From: a virus
Taxonomy: Duplodnaviria; Caudoviricetes
Virus record (IMG/VR): IMGVR_UViG_3300009678_000002
Span: 27,406 to 91,405 of that record
DNA: 64,000 nt
Reading direction: 5' to 3' (one strand)
In this document: in pieces, positions 1-8,638 of the stretch
Position numbering within the stretch: position 1 is the stretch's first letter
Layout: each line of letters begins with the position of its first letter
The notes under the pieces: generated by a model
Told to the model about the DNA's origin: nothing
Seen by the model: only the letters and a program-made list of their open reading frames with translations
The model's database searches: none
Program-made: the position numbers and the translations under genes

Positions 1-7
1 ACCGCGA

Positions 8-295
8 TCACTGGCCGCTCCTGCAGCGGTCGGCCGCGTCGCAGGTCGGCGCGCCGGCGATGCACTCCGGCTGCCAGGACAGGGCAGGCACGAGCTCGGC
101 CTCGGCCTCATACCGCTCGCACGCGGCCCCACAGTTGGCGCCCGACCCAGGGCATCCCATCAGCCGCAGGCGCGCGCACGCGCGCTCACAGGGCGCCCCA
201 GCCACCGGCACGGGGCCGGGCGCGGGCTCTGGCGGAACGGGCTGGGGATGGCAGGCCGCCAGCGCCATCAGGACGGCCGCGAGGAGGTTACGCAT
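8..295 (-). CDS. Cys/Pro-rich lipoprotein (possibly o-spanin-like or virion accessory)
   Basis: MRNLLAAVLMALAA-C lipobox, Pro-rich linker, 8 further Cys. Overlaps the stop of the upstream protease gene. Confidence 0.75.
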   Translation of the reverse strand: MRNLLAAVLMALAACHPQPVPPEPAPGPVPVAGAPCERACARLRLMGCPGSGANCGAACERYEAEAELVPALSWQPECIAGAPTCDAADRCRSGQ

Positions 296-1070
296 GGATC
301 ACCGCCTGGCTCGGGCGAAGCGCCCACACGTCAGCCGTACCGTCAGCGGCGAGCCATTCCGCGGCCAGCCACGCCATGCCCAGGTCACCCCATGAACGGC
401 CATAGCTGTTCACGACCCGGACGCGCTCGCCGCCGCGGTCGAAGCCCGCGAGGTACATGGCGTGCCCGCCCAGGATCTCATCGTTCGTGCCCGGCGCAGG
501 CAGGGTCTCGGCGCCAGTGTGGTAGGCCAGGGCGGCCGTGATCAGCGTGCCGAACACCACCGGGCAGCGCGCTTGCAGCGCGTCGAGCGCGGCCTCGGCT
601 CGAGCGATGCCCGTCCCCGGTATGCGCTCGTAGACGCCATCGGCGCGCACGAGGCCGTCGACCTCGGCGCCGATGCTGGGGCGCTCGTTCACCCTGAACG
701 GGTCGAACGGCCATGCGGCCTCGCTCGGCAGACCGAGCCGGTGCGCGACACGCATGGCCGACCGGATGAAGGCGCCGCCGTCCTCGTTCTGGTAGCCGTT
801 GACCGCGCGCGCTGGCCAGTACAACCCGAGCGCCGACAGCGCGCGGTGCGGGTGCCCGTCGAGCGCGCGCCGGAGCTCGACCGCGCCGCGGCCCGAGTGA
901 CCGACGCAGCTGTTGGTGTTGCGCTGGTCGCGGATGCCGTGGACGTGATCGTCGAACCTGACCTCGACCACGCGCGCCGTCCCCGCCTTGCGCGCGCCGA
1001 ACAGCTGATCGCGTGCGTCGATCGGGTCGGGCCGGTACCCGAGGCCGCGGCTTGCCGCCGGCGTGGTCAT
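288..1070 (-). CDS. Papain-like cysteine protease (peptidase C1A), no signal peptide
   Basis: Q-RNTNS-C (oxyanion Gln and catalytic Cys), GG-H-AM, VV-N-SYGRSWG. N-terminal GYRPDPIDARD resembles bacterial C1A enzymes. Confidence 0.9.
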   Translation of the reverse strand: MTTPAASRGLGYRPDPIDARDQLFGARKAGTARVVEVRFDDHVHGIRDQRNTNSCVGHSGRGAVELRRALDGHPHRALSALGLYWPARAVNGYQNEDGGAFIRSAMRVAHRLGLPSEAAWPFDPFRVNERPSIGAEVDGLVRADGVYERIPGTGIARAEAALDALQARCPVVFGTLITAALAYHTGAETLPAPGTNDEILGGHAMYLAGFDRGGERVRVVNSYGRSWGDLGMAWLAAEWLAADGTADVWALRPSQAVIHA

Positions 1071-1507
1071 CGCGGAAGCCCGAACGTTTCGGCCGCGGGC
1101 ACCTGCAGCCGACCATCGATGTCGACGCCGAACGCGCCGGCCGGCAGCGCCTCGCGCACGCCGAACGGCTCGGTCACCGCGAGCAGGGCCTCGTATGCCT
1201 CGCGGAAGCTGGCGAACGCGGCCTCGAGCTGCTCGCGACTGAGTTCGTCAGCACCGCGGCCAGCGCGCTGCAGCGTGATCGCAGCGAGCCGAGCGCGGTG
1301 CACGGCCTGGTCGATCTTCGCGCGCGTAGCCTCGTCGATCGGCGAGCGGCTCACGAAGTCGGAGATCACGTCGACCCACGTCACCGCTTCTGCGGCGATG
1401 GACGTGATCGTCGCGATGATCGGCAGCGCGCCAGCGCACGCAGGGCCGAGCGTGAGCACGACCGCGAGCAGTGATTGAGCGATGATGGTTCGCATGTGGT
1501 TCCTCAT
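1067..1507 (-). CDS. Helical lipoprotein/membrane protein
   Basis: Hydrophobic N-terminus ending LGPA-C, then amphipathic helices. ATGA-coupled to both neighbours. Confidence 0.7.
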   Translation of the reverse strand: MRNHMRTIIAQSLLAVVLTLGPACAGALPIIATITSIAAEAVTWVDVISDFVSRSPIDEATRAKIDQAVHRARLAAITLQRAGRGADELSREQLEAAFASFREAYEALLAVTEPFGVREALPAGAFGVDIDGRLQVPAAETFGLPR

Positions 1508-4500
1508 GGGAGCGTGAAGTCCTCGCCGTAATATGCTTCGAAGTAAGCGACGGTGTCCGTAATCAACGGGTCCTCGTCGCCCACGTCAACGTCAACGTTC
1601 GCGATAAAGATCTCGCAGATCGGTCCATCCCACTGCGAGCCGATGCTCGAGCTCGCGCCGACGTACATGCGGTCAGCGTTCGCATTGAACACGATCGTGC
1701 CGGCCGTGTTGGTAGACGCTTCCCACTGGCCATTTACGGTAATGCGCCCCGAGTTGGTCGCGTCATCGCGGACCCACGCGACCACGAGCGCCCATGCGTC
1801 GTCTGCGATGTCAGTCGTCGCCGAGGGGAAGACCGCGGGCGTGAAGTTCCACCGATTCTCGAACAGATCGGTGCTCAGCTTCCGCAAGCGGGTAAGGATC
1901 CCGCTGCTGCCGCTGGTGTCGGTGATCTCCAGAACGACGTCTGTCGCGCCGCCGCCGTCCGTTTGCACGAGCGCGAAGATCACCGCCGCGTTGCTGGTCG
2001 TAAGCGCATTCCAGCCGGTCGTGAGCGCCATGTAATCGGCGTTCTGGAAGTCGAGGCAGTCGCGCCCGCCGACAGCCGCAGCCAAGACCGGCGGCTGCAG
2101 CGAGCCCGTCGCCTGCACGAGATCGAGCGCTCCGATCTTGTCGTTCCAGCTGCTCACGGGGTCGCCCGTCTTGTCGTCGCCGCGGTACCACGCGACGCCA
2201 GCCGCGCCCCAGATGTCGTCCGGCTCGGTCGTGTCGGGATCGATCACGACGTCGACCGTGTCAACGATCGTGTCGCACGTGACCACAATCGTCATGGTGA
2301 CTTCGGCCGTGTCGCAGGTGATGTCGAGCCCGTTGCAGCTCGCGGTCGACGTGCACACGCCAGCCGATTCAAACGTGCACGTGCCGTCCCCATCCGCCTC
2401 GCTCAGCACGCACGATGGCGTGGAGTCGACGTCGGTGATCGTAGTTGTCAGCTGAAACGCGACGTCCACGGTAGCGTCAGGCGCGACGCCAGCGACCACG
2501 GTCGGCGCGTTGTTGGTGAAGTCGTGCGCGACGCTGTCGGCAACGCCGTCACACGTAAGCACGAGCGTTTCCGACTGCGCCGCGTCACAAGTCACATCGA
2601 GGTCGCAGCTGGTCGCGTCGCATTCGCACTCACCAGCATCGTACTCGGCGCCGAGATCCTCAAACGTGCAGTTTGTTCCCGAGCTCTCTGTCCACTGGCA
2701 CGTGAGGCCGGTTCCGCTGCAACTGGCAGAGAGCGTGTACGCGACATCTTCGATCGGCACCGAGCTGTCCGAGCCGGCGCTGACCGATACGCCCGGGTTG
2801 ATCGCGACGATGTGCGTGTCTTCGATGGTGTCGCACTCGAGCTCGTGAGTCATGCTCACGCCGCCCGTGTCGCACGTGCTCGTGAGCGCGCGGCATGTCG
2901 CGGTTGAGGTGCACGTACCGCCGCTGCTGATCGTACAGATACCGTCAGGGTCGCCGCCGTCGACTTCCGCAAGCGTGCACGAAGGCGTGCTGTCCGGGTC
3001 GCTGATGAGAGCGTTCGTGAACGAGAACGCCGTATCCACGTCCGCGGTTGCGGGCAGGGTGCCGATGTCGACCGTGGGCGCATCGTTCGCGAAGCCGAGC
3101 ACGACCTGATCCTCTTCGCCCTCGCACGTGAGCACGAGTGTTTCGGACACGGCCGCGTCGCACGTCACGTCAATGTCGCAGCTGGTCGCATCGCACTCGC
3201 ATTCGCCCTCGCCGAGAGCCCCGGGGCCGTCCTCGAAGGTGCAGTTAGTTCCGGACAGCTCTGTCCACTGGCACGTCTCTTCCGTACCTGCACACGACGC
3301 GTTGAGCGTATAGGCAACGTCCTCGCGCGGCGCCAGGCTGTCGGAACCCGCGTTGACGCTCGAGGTCGCGAAGCCTTCCTGGATATAGGCGTTGATCGCC
3401 TGCGCCATGTAGTTCGGGTCCCACGCGGCTTTGTTCTGCGCGCGCACGGCCGCGATGAACGCAGCATCTGTACCAGCGCCGCCCAAACTCGCGTTGTACG
3501 TGCGGACCGAGCGCTCCGGGTCGCCGTATCCGGGATTGGGCTCCGATTGGCTGCCCCAGTCATAGATGACGTTCTCGTTGAGGTCGAGAACCAGCGCGCT
3601 CTGATTGTTGATCGCGACCGGATTCGCCCGGTTGCTGACCTCGTGCGCGATGATGTTGTTTTCAAAGGTGCCGCTCGTCGCGACCTCGACCCAGAAGCCG
3701 TAGCCCTTGAGCTGCGATGGCGCGATGTCGTCGCCCTCGAGCACGACGTTGTCCGAGCAGATGAACGTGCTGGTCAGGTAGCCGGCGCAGAGAATGCCGA
3801 TCGCGTTGCGCCAGCTGAAGTTTCCCGTTGCTTCACCGCCAGGCCGCAGCTGCAAGCCGTGCGAGCTCGCGCGCATGGTCAGGTTGTTGCGCACGATGAC
3901 GCCAGCCGAGGCGTACTGGATGTACATGCTGTGATTGAAGATCGTGCGCTCGGCTCCGGCGATGTCTTCATGCCAGCCGTTGTGGTCGAAGATGTTCTCC
4001 TCGACCAAGAGCGAAGCTGTCTCGCTCATGTACATGCCCTGCGAGTGCGTCGTCGTGCCGTACTGATCGAAGAACTGGTTTCGACGAATCCGGATGTTGT
4101 CGAGGCCGTACCCGTCGCTGTTCTGGAACGCGAGCGCGGTCTCGTAAAACGAGAACTTGCAATCTTCGATCAAGAGCCCGCGCGTGCCGCGTACCCACTT
4201 GATGCCGTCGACAGACGTGTTGACGTGGCCAGCGTCGAAGCCGGCGTTATCCGGGTCGCGCTTGTAGTAGTAGGCGTCCAGCCCGATGAAATGCACATAG
4301 TCCATGTGCGTGGGCGAGCTTCCGCCGCCATCGGTGCGCGTCAGCTGTCCAGACAGCTTGAACTGAGGTCGTGCGCCCGTGCCGTAGTTCGAGATCACCA
4401 TCGGCTCGGATGCGCTGCGGCCAGACTTGACCCAGCGTCCGAAGCCCTGATCGGTCCACGTGTCGCCGCGCTTGAAGTACAAGTGATCCGGGAATCCGGT

Positions 4501-5631
4501 GCGCAGCAACGCGATACCGGCAGCGACCGTCAGCTTCGGGGTTGCCGTAGTAAGACCGTCGTTCGAATCGTTGCCGTCGTCAGCGACGTAGATGAGCCGC
4601 GAGTCCGGGCTCGGCGCGATCTCGGTCCAGCCGTCCGAACTGTTGACTGTGACCGTAATCAGGTCCGAGGCGCTCAACCCGTCGCCGGGATCGCCGTCAT
4701 CGGTAGCGGTGCAGCGAAACACATACGCGCCGAGGTCGGTCAACCCGGTGATGCCGGTACTTGCTGCGGTCGAGCTCGTGATCGACGGCGTCTCGGGGCC
4801 GCTCACGAACTCCCACAGGTACTCGCAAGCGCCCTCGGCTGTTACATCGTCGTTGCAGGTGCACGCGAGCGTGGTCGTGCTTTCCGGGTCGGTGATCGTC
4901 TGATCGACGCCCGCGTCAGTCTCGGGCGCTTCGTTGCCGCCAGCTTCCAGAACCGTGACCGTGAGCGAGTCGGCGACGCTCAGCGGATCGCCGTCGTCGT
5001 CGGTAGCGGTGCACAGGAACGTGTAAACGCCTGTCTCGGTCAGGTTGCTCGCAACGGTCTGATCGTCGTCTTCCGGCGTAAGCGTCGCGGTTGCGGGTCC
5101 GCCGATCTGCTCCCACGCATAATCGCAGCTAGCCTCTGCCGTCGTCGCGTCGTTGCAGTCGCAGTCGAGGACGGCATCGTCGTCTGGCTGCGTTACCTGC
5201 TGATTGATGCCGGCGTTCGTGGCCGGTGCCGTGTTGCCGTTGCCGGCTGCGATGTCGACCTCGTCGCAGTCAAGATTGCCGTCGCTGTAGGCGCAGAGCT
5301 GTAGTGTGTACGTGTCGACCGCTCCAAAGCAGACTTCGGTGATCGGTGCGGACGAGTCCTCGAATACCACCGTTCCGGCAGGCTCGAAGGTCACGTCGAC
5401 CCACGCGCAGACCAGCCCGGGACCTCCAAGGCATACCCCCTCGAGCTGATGGCAGGTGGGCAGCGTGACAGCGTCATCGGTTCCAGCGTTCGCGAATGCC
5501 GGATTAGGCGTCGACCCGCACGTGCTCGCGACGTTCGTCGCCTGTGCGAGCGCGGTCCCGCTGTAGAGCACGGACAAAAGCGCGAGCGTCACCGCTACGC
5601 CGAGCCGGCGCATGTTGAATCTGGTCAGCAT
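1504..5631 (-). CDS. Sec-exported 1375-aa multidomain adhesin/depolymerase-like protein (PKD-like repeats, parallel beta-helix, Cys-rich Ig-like repeats, LamG-like C-terminus)
   Basis: Signal peptide MRRLGVAVTLALLSVLYSGTALA|Q. PKD-like NxAPxxxAGxDQ...WxxxxGP...GxYxFxCTATDD repeats. YVADDGNDSNDG...PKLT...FKRGDTW start of beta-helix. About 48 Cys counted. Confidence 0.85.
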   Translation of the reverse strand: MLTRFNMRRLGVAVTLALLSVLYSGTALAQATNVASTCGSTPNPAFANAGTDDAVTLPTCHQLEGVCLGGPGLVCAWVDVTFEPAGTVVFEDSSAPITEVCFGAVDTYTLQLCAYSDGNLDCDEVDIAAGNGNTAPATNAGINQQVTQPDDDAVLDCDCNDATTAEASCDYAWEQIGGPATATLTPEDDDQTVASNLTETGVYTFLCTATDDDGDPLSVADSLTVTVLEAGGNEAPETDAGVDQTITDPESTTTLACTCNDDVTAEGACEYLWEFVSGPETPSITSSTAASTGITGLTDLGAYVFRCTATDDGDPGDGLSASDLITVTVNSSDGWTEIAPSPDSRLIYVADDGNDSNDGLTTATPKLTVAAGIALLRTGFPDHLYFKRGDTWTDQGFGRWVKSGRSASEPMVISNYGTGARPQFKLSGQLTRTDGGGSSPTHMDYVHFIGLDAYYYKRDPDNAGFDAGHVNTSVDGIKWVRGTRGLLIEDCKFSFYETALAFQNSDGYGLDNIRIRRNQFFDQYGTTTHSQGMYMSETASLLVEENIFDHNGWHEDIAGAERTIFNHSMYIQYASAGVIVRNNLTMRASSHGLQLRPGGEATGNFSWRNAIGILCAGYLTSTFICSDNVVLEGDDIAPSQLKGYGFWVEVATSGTFENNIIAHEVSNRANPVAINNQSALVLDLNENVIYDWGSQSEPNPGYGDPERSVRTYNASLGGAGTDAAFIAAVRAQNKAAWDPNYMAQAINAYIQEGFATSSVNAGSDSLAPREDVAYTLNASCAGTEETCQWTELSGTNCTFEDGPGALGEGECECDATSCDIDVTCDAAVSETLVLTCEGEEDQVVLGFANDAPTVDIGTLPATADVDTAFSFTNALISDPDSTPSCTLAEVDGGDPDGICTISSGGTCTSTATCRALTSTCDTGGVSMTHELECDTIEDTHIVAINPGVSVSAGSDSSVPIEDVAYTLSASCSGTGLTCQWTESSGTNCTFEDLGAEYDAGECECDATSCDLDVTCDAAQSETLVLTCDGVADSVAHDFTNNAPTVVAGVAPDATVDVAFQLTTTITDVDSTPSCVLSEADGDGTCTFESAGVCTSTASCNGLDITCDTAEVTMTIVVTCDTIVDTVDVVIDPDTTEPDDIWGAAGVAWYRGDDKTGDPVSSWNDKIGALDLVQATGSLQPPVLAAAVGGRDCLDFQNADYMALTTGWNALTTSNAAVIFALVQTDGGGATDVVLEITDTSGSSGILTRLRKLSTDLFENRWNFTPAVFPSATTDIADDAWALVVAWVRDDATNSGRITVNGQWEASTNTAGTIVFNANADRMYVGASSSIGSQWDGPICEIFIANVDVDVGDEDPLITDTVAYFEAYYGEDFTLP
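2236..3360 (-). repeat. Internal tandem duplication (two ~185-190 aa Cys-rich units) in the 1375-aa gene
   Basis: SVNAGSDS..EDVAYTLNASC..TCQWTE.SGTNCTFED..GECECDATSCD.DVTCDAA.SETLVLTC occurs at about 2788-3360 and 2236-2787. Confidence 0.9.
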
Positions 5632-5644
5632 TGTGGAGCCCGCC

Positions 5645-6124
5645 TTACTTGGTCAGCCAGTGCGTATAGATGTCGATCGCTGCAGCTGCGCCGCCGCTCG
5701 TGCGGTCGTAGAAGAGGCGCGTGTATGGGAACGGGTTCTCGAGGCAGACGCCGACCGCGAGCGTGGCCGCGGGATCGTTGATTGCAACCGTCGTCCCGCC
5801 CGCGAAGCTGCCGTTTCCATAGACCTTGTTCGCGTCGAGGAACACGTCGAAGAAGTTCGTTCCGTCGATCGACGCCTCGACCTCGAGGTTTCCAACCGGG
5901 TCGCCGGTCGAGAGGATCACGAACTCGAAGCAGAGCAGCCGGAAACCGTTGTCAGCGACGAGCGTGCTTGTCGCGTCTTCCAAGCTCGAGAGGTCAGAGT
6001 CGAGCGTGCGCGATGGCAGCGCGCCGTAACGCTGCCCCTCCGGCTCCACGGCGCTCTGGCCCGTCGCACAGCCAATCATCAGAGCGAGCGCGAGCGCGCC
6101 CGCGAGCATTCGCAGGTTCTTCAT
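5645..6124 (-). CDS. Lipoprotein with jelly-roll (discoidin-like) motif; paralog of 6159-6743
   Basis: Lipobox LMIG-C. Motifs EASIDGTNF, LDANKVYG, ENP..YTRLFYDRTSGGAA. Confidence 0.8.
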   Translation of the reverse strand: MKNLRMLAGALALALMIGCATGQSAVEPEGQRYGALPSRTLDSDLSSLEDATSTLVADNGFRLLCFEFVILSTGDPVGNLEVEASIDGTNFFDVFLDANKVYGNGSFAGGTTVAINDPAATLAVGVCLENPFPYTRLFYDRTSGGAAAAIDIYTHWLTK

Positions 6125-6158
6125 GGATGGGATTCCTTGTGCTGGATGCGATCGCGGA

Positions 6159-6743
6159 TCAGCCGCAGCGATAGAAGCTGGTTGCGTCGACAGTGTTTGC
6201 AGCGCCGCCGCTCGCGCGGTCGTAGTAGATGCGCAGGTAACCGCCGGGGTTCTCTACCCCGACGTAGATCACGACGTTCCCGATGTCGCTCACGCCGATC
6301 GTGAAGCCTCCGGGGTACGCGCCCGCGTTCGTGAAGTTCGAGCCATAGACCCGGTTCGCGTCGAGATACAGGCTCGTCCAGTCGTTGGTGCCGTCGTCCG
6401 ATACTTGGATCGCGAACGAGCCGACCGGCGTGCTCGTGTTCGTCAGTTCGATCTTGAACCAGACGACGTGGCCGCAGCCGGCGTCGAGCGCGCTGCTCGC
6501 GTTGTCGCTGTTGCTCTCCCCGTCGACCCAATAGCTCGCGTCGTAGATGCGCCGCGGCGACTGCCATGGCGTGAGGTTGCCGCTGTCGGAATCACTCGAG
6601 AACGTGATCGCAGCGTTGCGCGCGTTCTTGTCGGTGAAGGTCCCGAAGCGCTTGTGATCGGGGCGCGCGGCAGTGAGCGGCGCGCATGCGACGAGCGACA
6701 GGGCGAGCGCCGACAGCGCCGCGAGTGTGGTGCGGTGGAGCAT
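6159..6743 (-). CDS. Lipoprotein with jelly-roll (discoidin-like) motif; paralog of 5645-6124
   Basis: Lipobox SLVA-C. Motifs QVSDDGTNDW, LDANRVYG, ENP..YLRIYYDRASGGAA. Confidence 0.8.
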   Translation of the reverse strand: MLHRTTLAALSALALSLVACAPLTAARPDHKRFGTFTDKNARNAAITFSSDSDSGNLTPWQSPRRIYDASYWVDGESNSDNASSALDAGCGHVVWFKIELTNTSTPVGSFAIQVSDDGTNDWTSLYLDANRVYGSNFTNAGAYPGGFTIGVSDIGNVVIYVGVENPGGYLRIYYDRASGGAANTVDATSFYRCG

Positions 6744-6919
6744 GGAACCTCGGTGGATGGATTGCTGCGACGTCGCTCGCGGGCTATCGTCTCGGTGCTT
6801 CTGCCTGGCCGCGCGCTGTGGTCCCGTGGCTCGCGGTCGTCAGTCGGAAGTCTCTGGGGCGCACGAGAACCGCGGACGCGCGGGGTACCGGCGAGCTGGA
6901 TGCAAAACGGGACGGTCTA

Positions 6920-7975
6920 TCAGGGCTCGTCGCCGCCGATGTTCAGGCCGTACATGTTGAGCGTGGTCGCGGTCGTGACCCGCGCCTCGCAGACGATCGT
7001 GTCGCGCACGCCGCCGCGCAGACCGCCGTCGCTGTCGAGCGTGGAGGGGTCTTCCGTGTTGAGCTCGATCGTGCCGCCGTACCAGCCGGCCGCGCCCTCG
7101 TCGACAGTGATCGTGTCGGTGTCGCCGCTCGCTGCGGTGAGCCGGACTTCGCCATCCCCGCCCGTCGCGCCCGCGTAGATGACCCACGGCACTGAGCGCG
7201 TGGTCTCGCCGTTATGCAGGTGCCGCGGCTGGATCGGAACGTCGCCGATGGACGTCGGCAGGAACGCCGCGAACGTGCCGAGGTCGAACTCGATGCCGGG
7301 CGGATAGAAGAACGTCAGCAGGTGCGCGCGCCGGCAGAGCTCCTTCGCGATCTCCATGTGAAGCCCGACCGCGTGCGCGCTCTTGATCTGATCGAGCGGG
7401 CTATCGGACTGATAGATGAGCCGCTGCGGCAGGCAGGTCTGCTCGTCGAGCAACTCCTCGTGAAACGTGCGCGGCAACTCCTCGCAACGGTGCGACGTGA
7501 CATACGGGTTCGTGTCCGCGCCGAGGTCGGTGCGCTGGTACCAGATGAATGCCTGTTGGTCCGCGCCGCTCGGTGGGTCGATCGTCTGGAAGATCTTGAA
7601 TCGAACCTCCTGATCGGCACGAGTGCCCGCCGGGATCCGCCATTCCGCTGTGGTCGCGTCCTCGAGCGTGACCGTGCCGGTTATCGTCTCGGCGACGTCG
7701 TCGGGACATGCCAGCCCGAAGTGCCAGACCCGCGTGATGTTGAGCGCGTGCGGCCAGATCCAGTAGCGATAGAGCGCGCCGTCCTCGACGTTGATCTCCT
7801 CGTCGGCAGCACCGGGCGCGCTGACCAGCGTAGCGCCGCGCGCGTTCATCCAGTTGCAGGCCGCGCCCCATGGCGACCAGTCGTCGCCGCCCATGATGGG
7901 CGCGGCGTTGCGGATCAGATTGCCGCTGACCTCCACGGTCGAGAGCCGCGGCGGGTAGAGCTTGACGAGTCCCAT
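6920..7975 (-). CDS. Putative tail tip/baseplate protein
   Basis: 351-aa beta-rich acidic ORF directly downstream of tail tip genes. Function inferred from synteny only. Confidence 0.6.
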   Translation of the reverse strand: MGLVKLYPPRLSTVEVSGNLIRNAAPIMGGDDWSPWGAACNWMNARGATLVSAPGAADEEINVEDGALYRYWIWPHALNITRVWHFGLACPDDVAETITGTVTLEDATTAEWRIPAGTRADQEVRFKIFQTIDPPSGADQQAFIWYQRTDLGADTNPYVTSHRCEELPRTFHEELLDEQTCLPQRLIYQSDSPLDQIKSAHAVGLHMEIAKELCRRAHLLTFFYPPGIEFDLGTFAAFLPTSIGDVPIQPRHLHNGETTRSVPWVIYAGATGGDGEVRLTAASGDTDTITVDEGAAGWYGGTIELNTEDPSTLDSDGGLRGGVRDTIVCEARVTTATTLNMYGLNIGGDEP

Positions 7976-7978
7976 CGC

Positions 7979-8638
7979 TCACCTGAACTCGCGCACGTAG
8001 AGCTGCAGGATCGCGGCCTCTTGCGCCGGATCGACCGACTCGACGTCGACCGTGACCTCGACGCGCATCTGATAGACGTAACAGGTCGGCCGCTTCGAGC
8101 CCTCGACCTGCGCGCTGTTGAACGCGTACAGCGCTTCAGAGACCGCGCGCGCTTGCGCCGCGTCGAAGATCAGCGGGTCGCCCTCGGTGTCGTAGATCCA
8201 GTTACTCGTGGCGGTTAGCGTTTCGACCTGATCGAGCAGCGTCGGCGCGCTGCTGCGGCCGATCGATGTCGCGTAGGGAAAGCCGCGGAAGTTGTCCGGC
8301 ATGATGCGCAAGCGCGCGGTGCCGGTCACGAGACCGGTGAACCCGAGCACGAGCTTGACGTCGAGGCCGGTCGGCTCGCTCGGCGAGTACCACGTGTGGA
8401 AGAACGGGAACGAGCGCGCGCCTACGATGAACTCGTCGGTCGCAAGCCGGATGCGCGTCGAGCCGACGCCGTTCGCAGCGCAGAACAGATTGAGCCGGTG
8501 CTGCGGGGCTTGGTCGAGTAGGTGCTGAACGTTGTTCTTGAGCAGGAACGCGCGCCCCGCGCTGACCGGCTGATCATCGGCGAAGCTGTCATCTGCAAAG
8601 CGCTCATAGTGACCGAGGTAGCTGCTTTGACCGCTCAT
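7979..8638 (-). CDS. Putative tail tip protein
   Basis: 219 aa, ATGA-coupled to the 912-aa tail gene. Confidence 0.6.
   Translation of the reverse strand: MSGQSSYLGHYERFADDSFADDQPVSAGRAFLLKNNVQHLLDQAPQHRLNLFCAANGVGSTRIRLATDEFIVGARSFPFFHTWYSPSEPTGLDVKLVLGFTGLVTGTARLRIMPDNFRGFPYATSIGRSSAPTLLDQVETLTATSNWIYDTEGDPLIFDAAQARAVSEALYAFNSAQVEGSKRPTCYVYQMRVEVTVDVESVDPAQEAAILQLYVREFR

Noticed and set aside
2236-3360. Duplicated segment as a DGR template/variable repeat
   Set aside because: Both copies are in frame within one gene, differences are not adenine-specific, and no reverse transcriptase is present.
3547-5304. 585-aa plus-strand ORF
   Set aside because: Antisense shadow of the 1375-aa gene caused by high GC3; no motifs.
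6830-6850. CUGACGA hammerhead-like core on the minus strand
   Set aside because: No correctly placed GAAA or stems.
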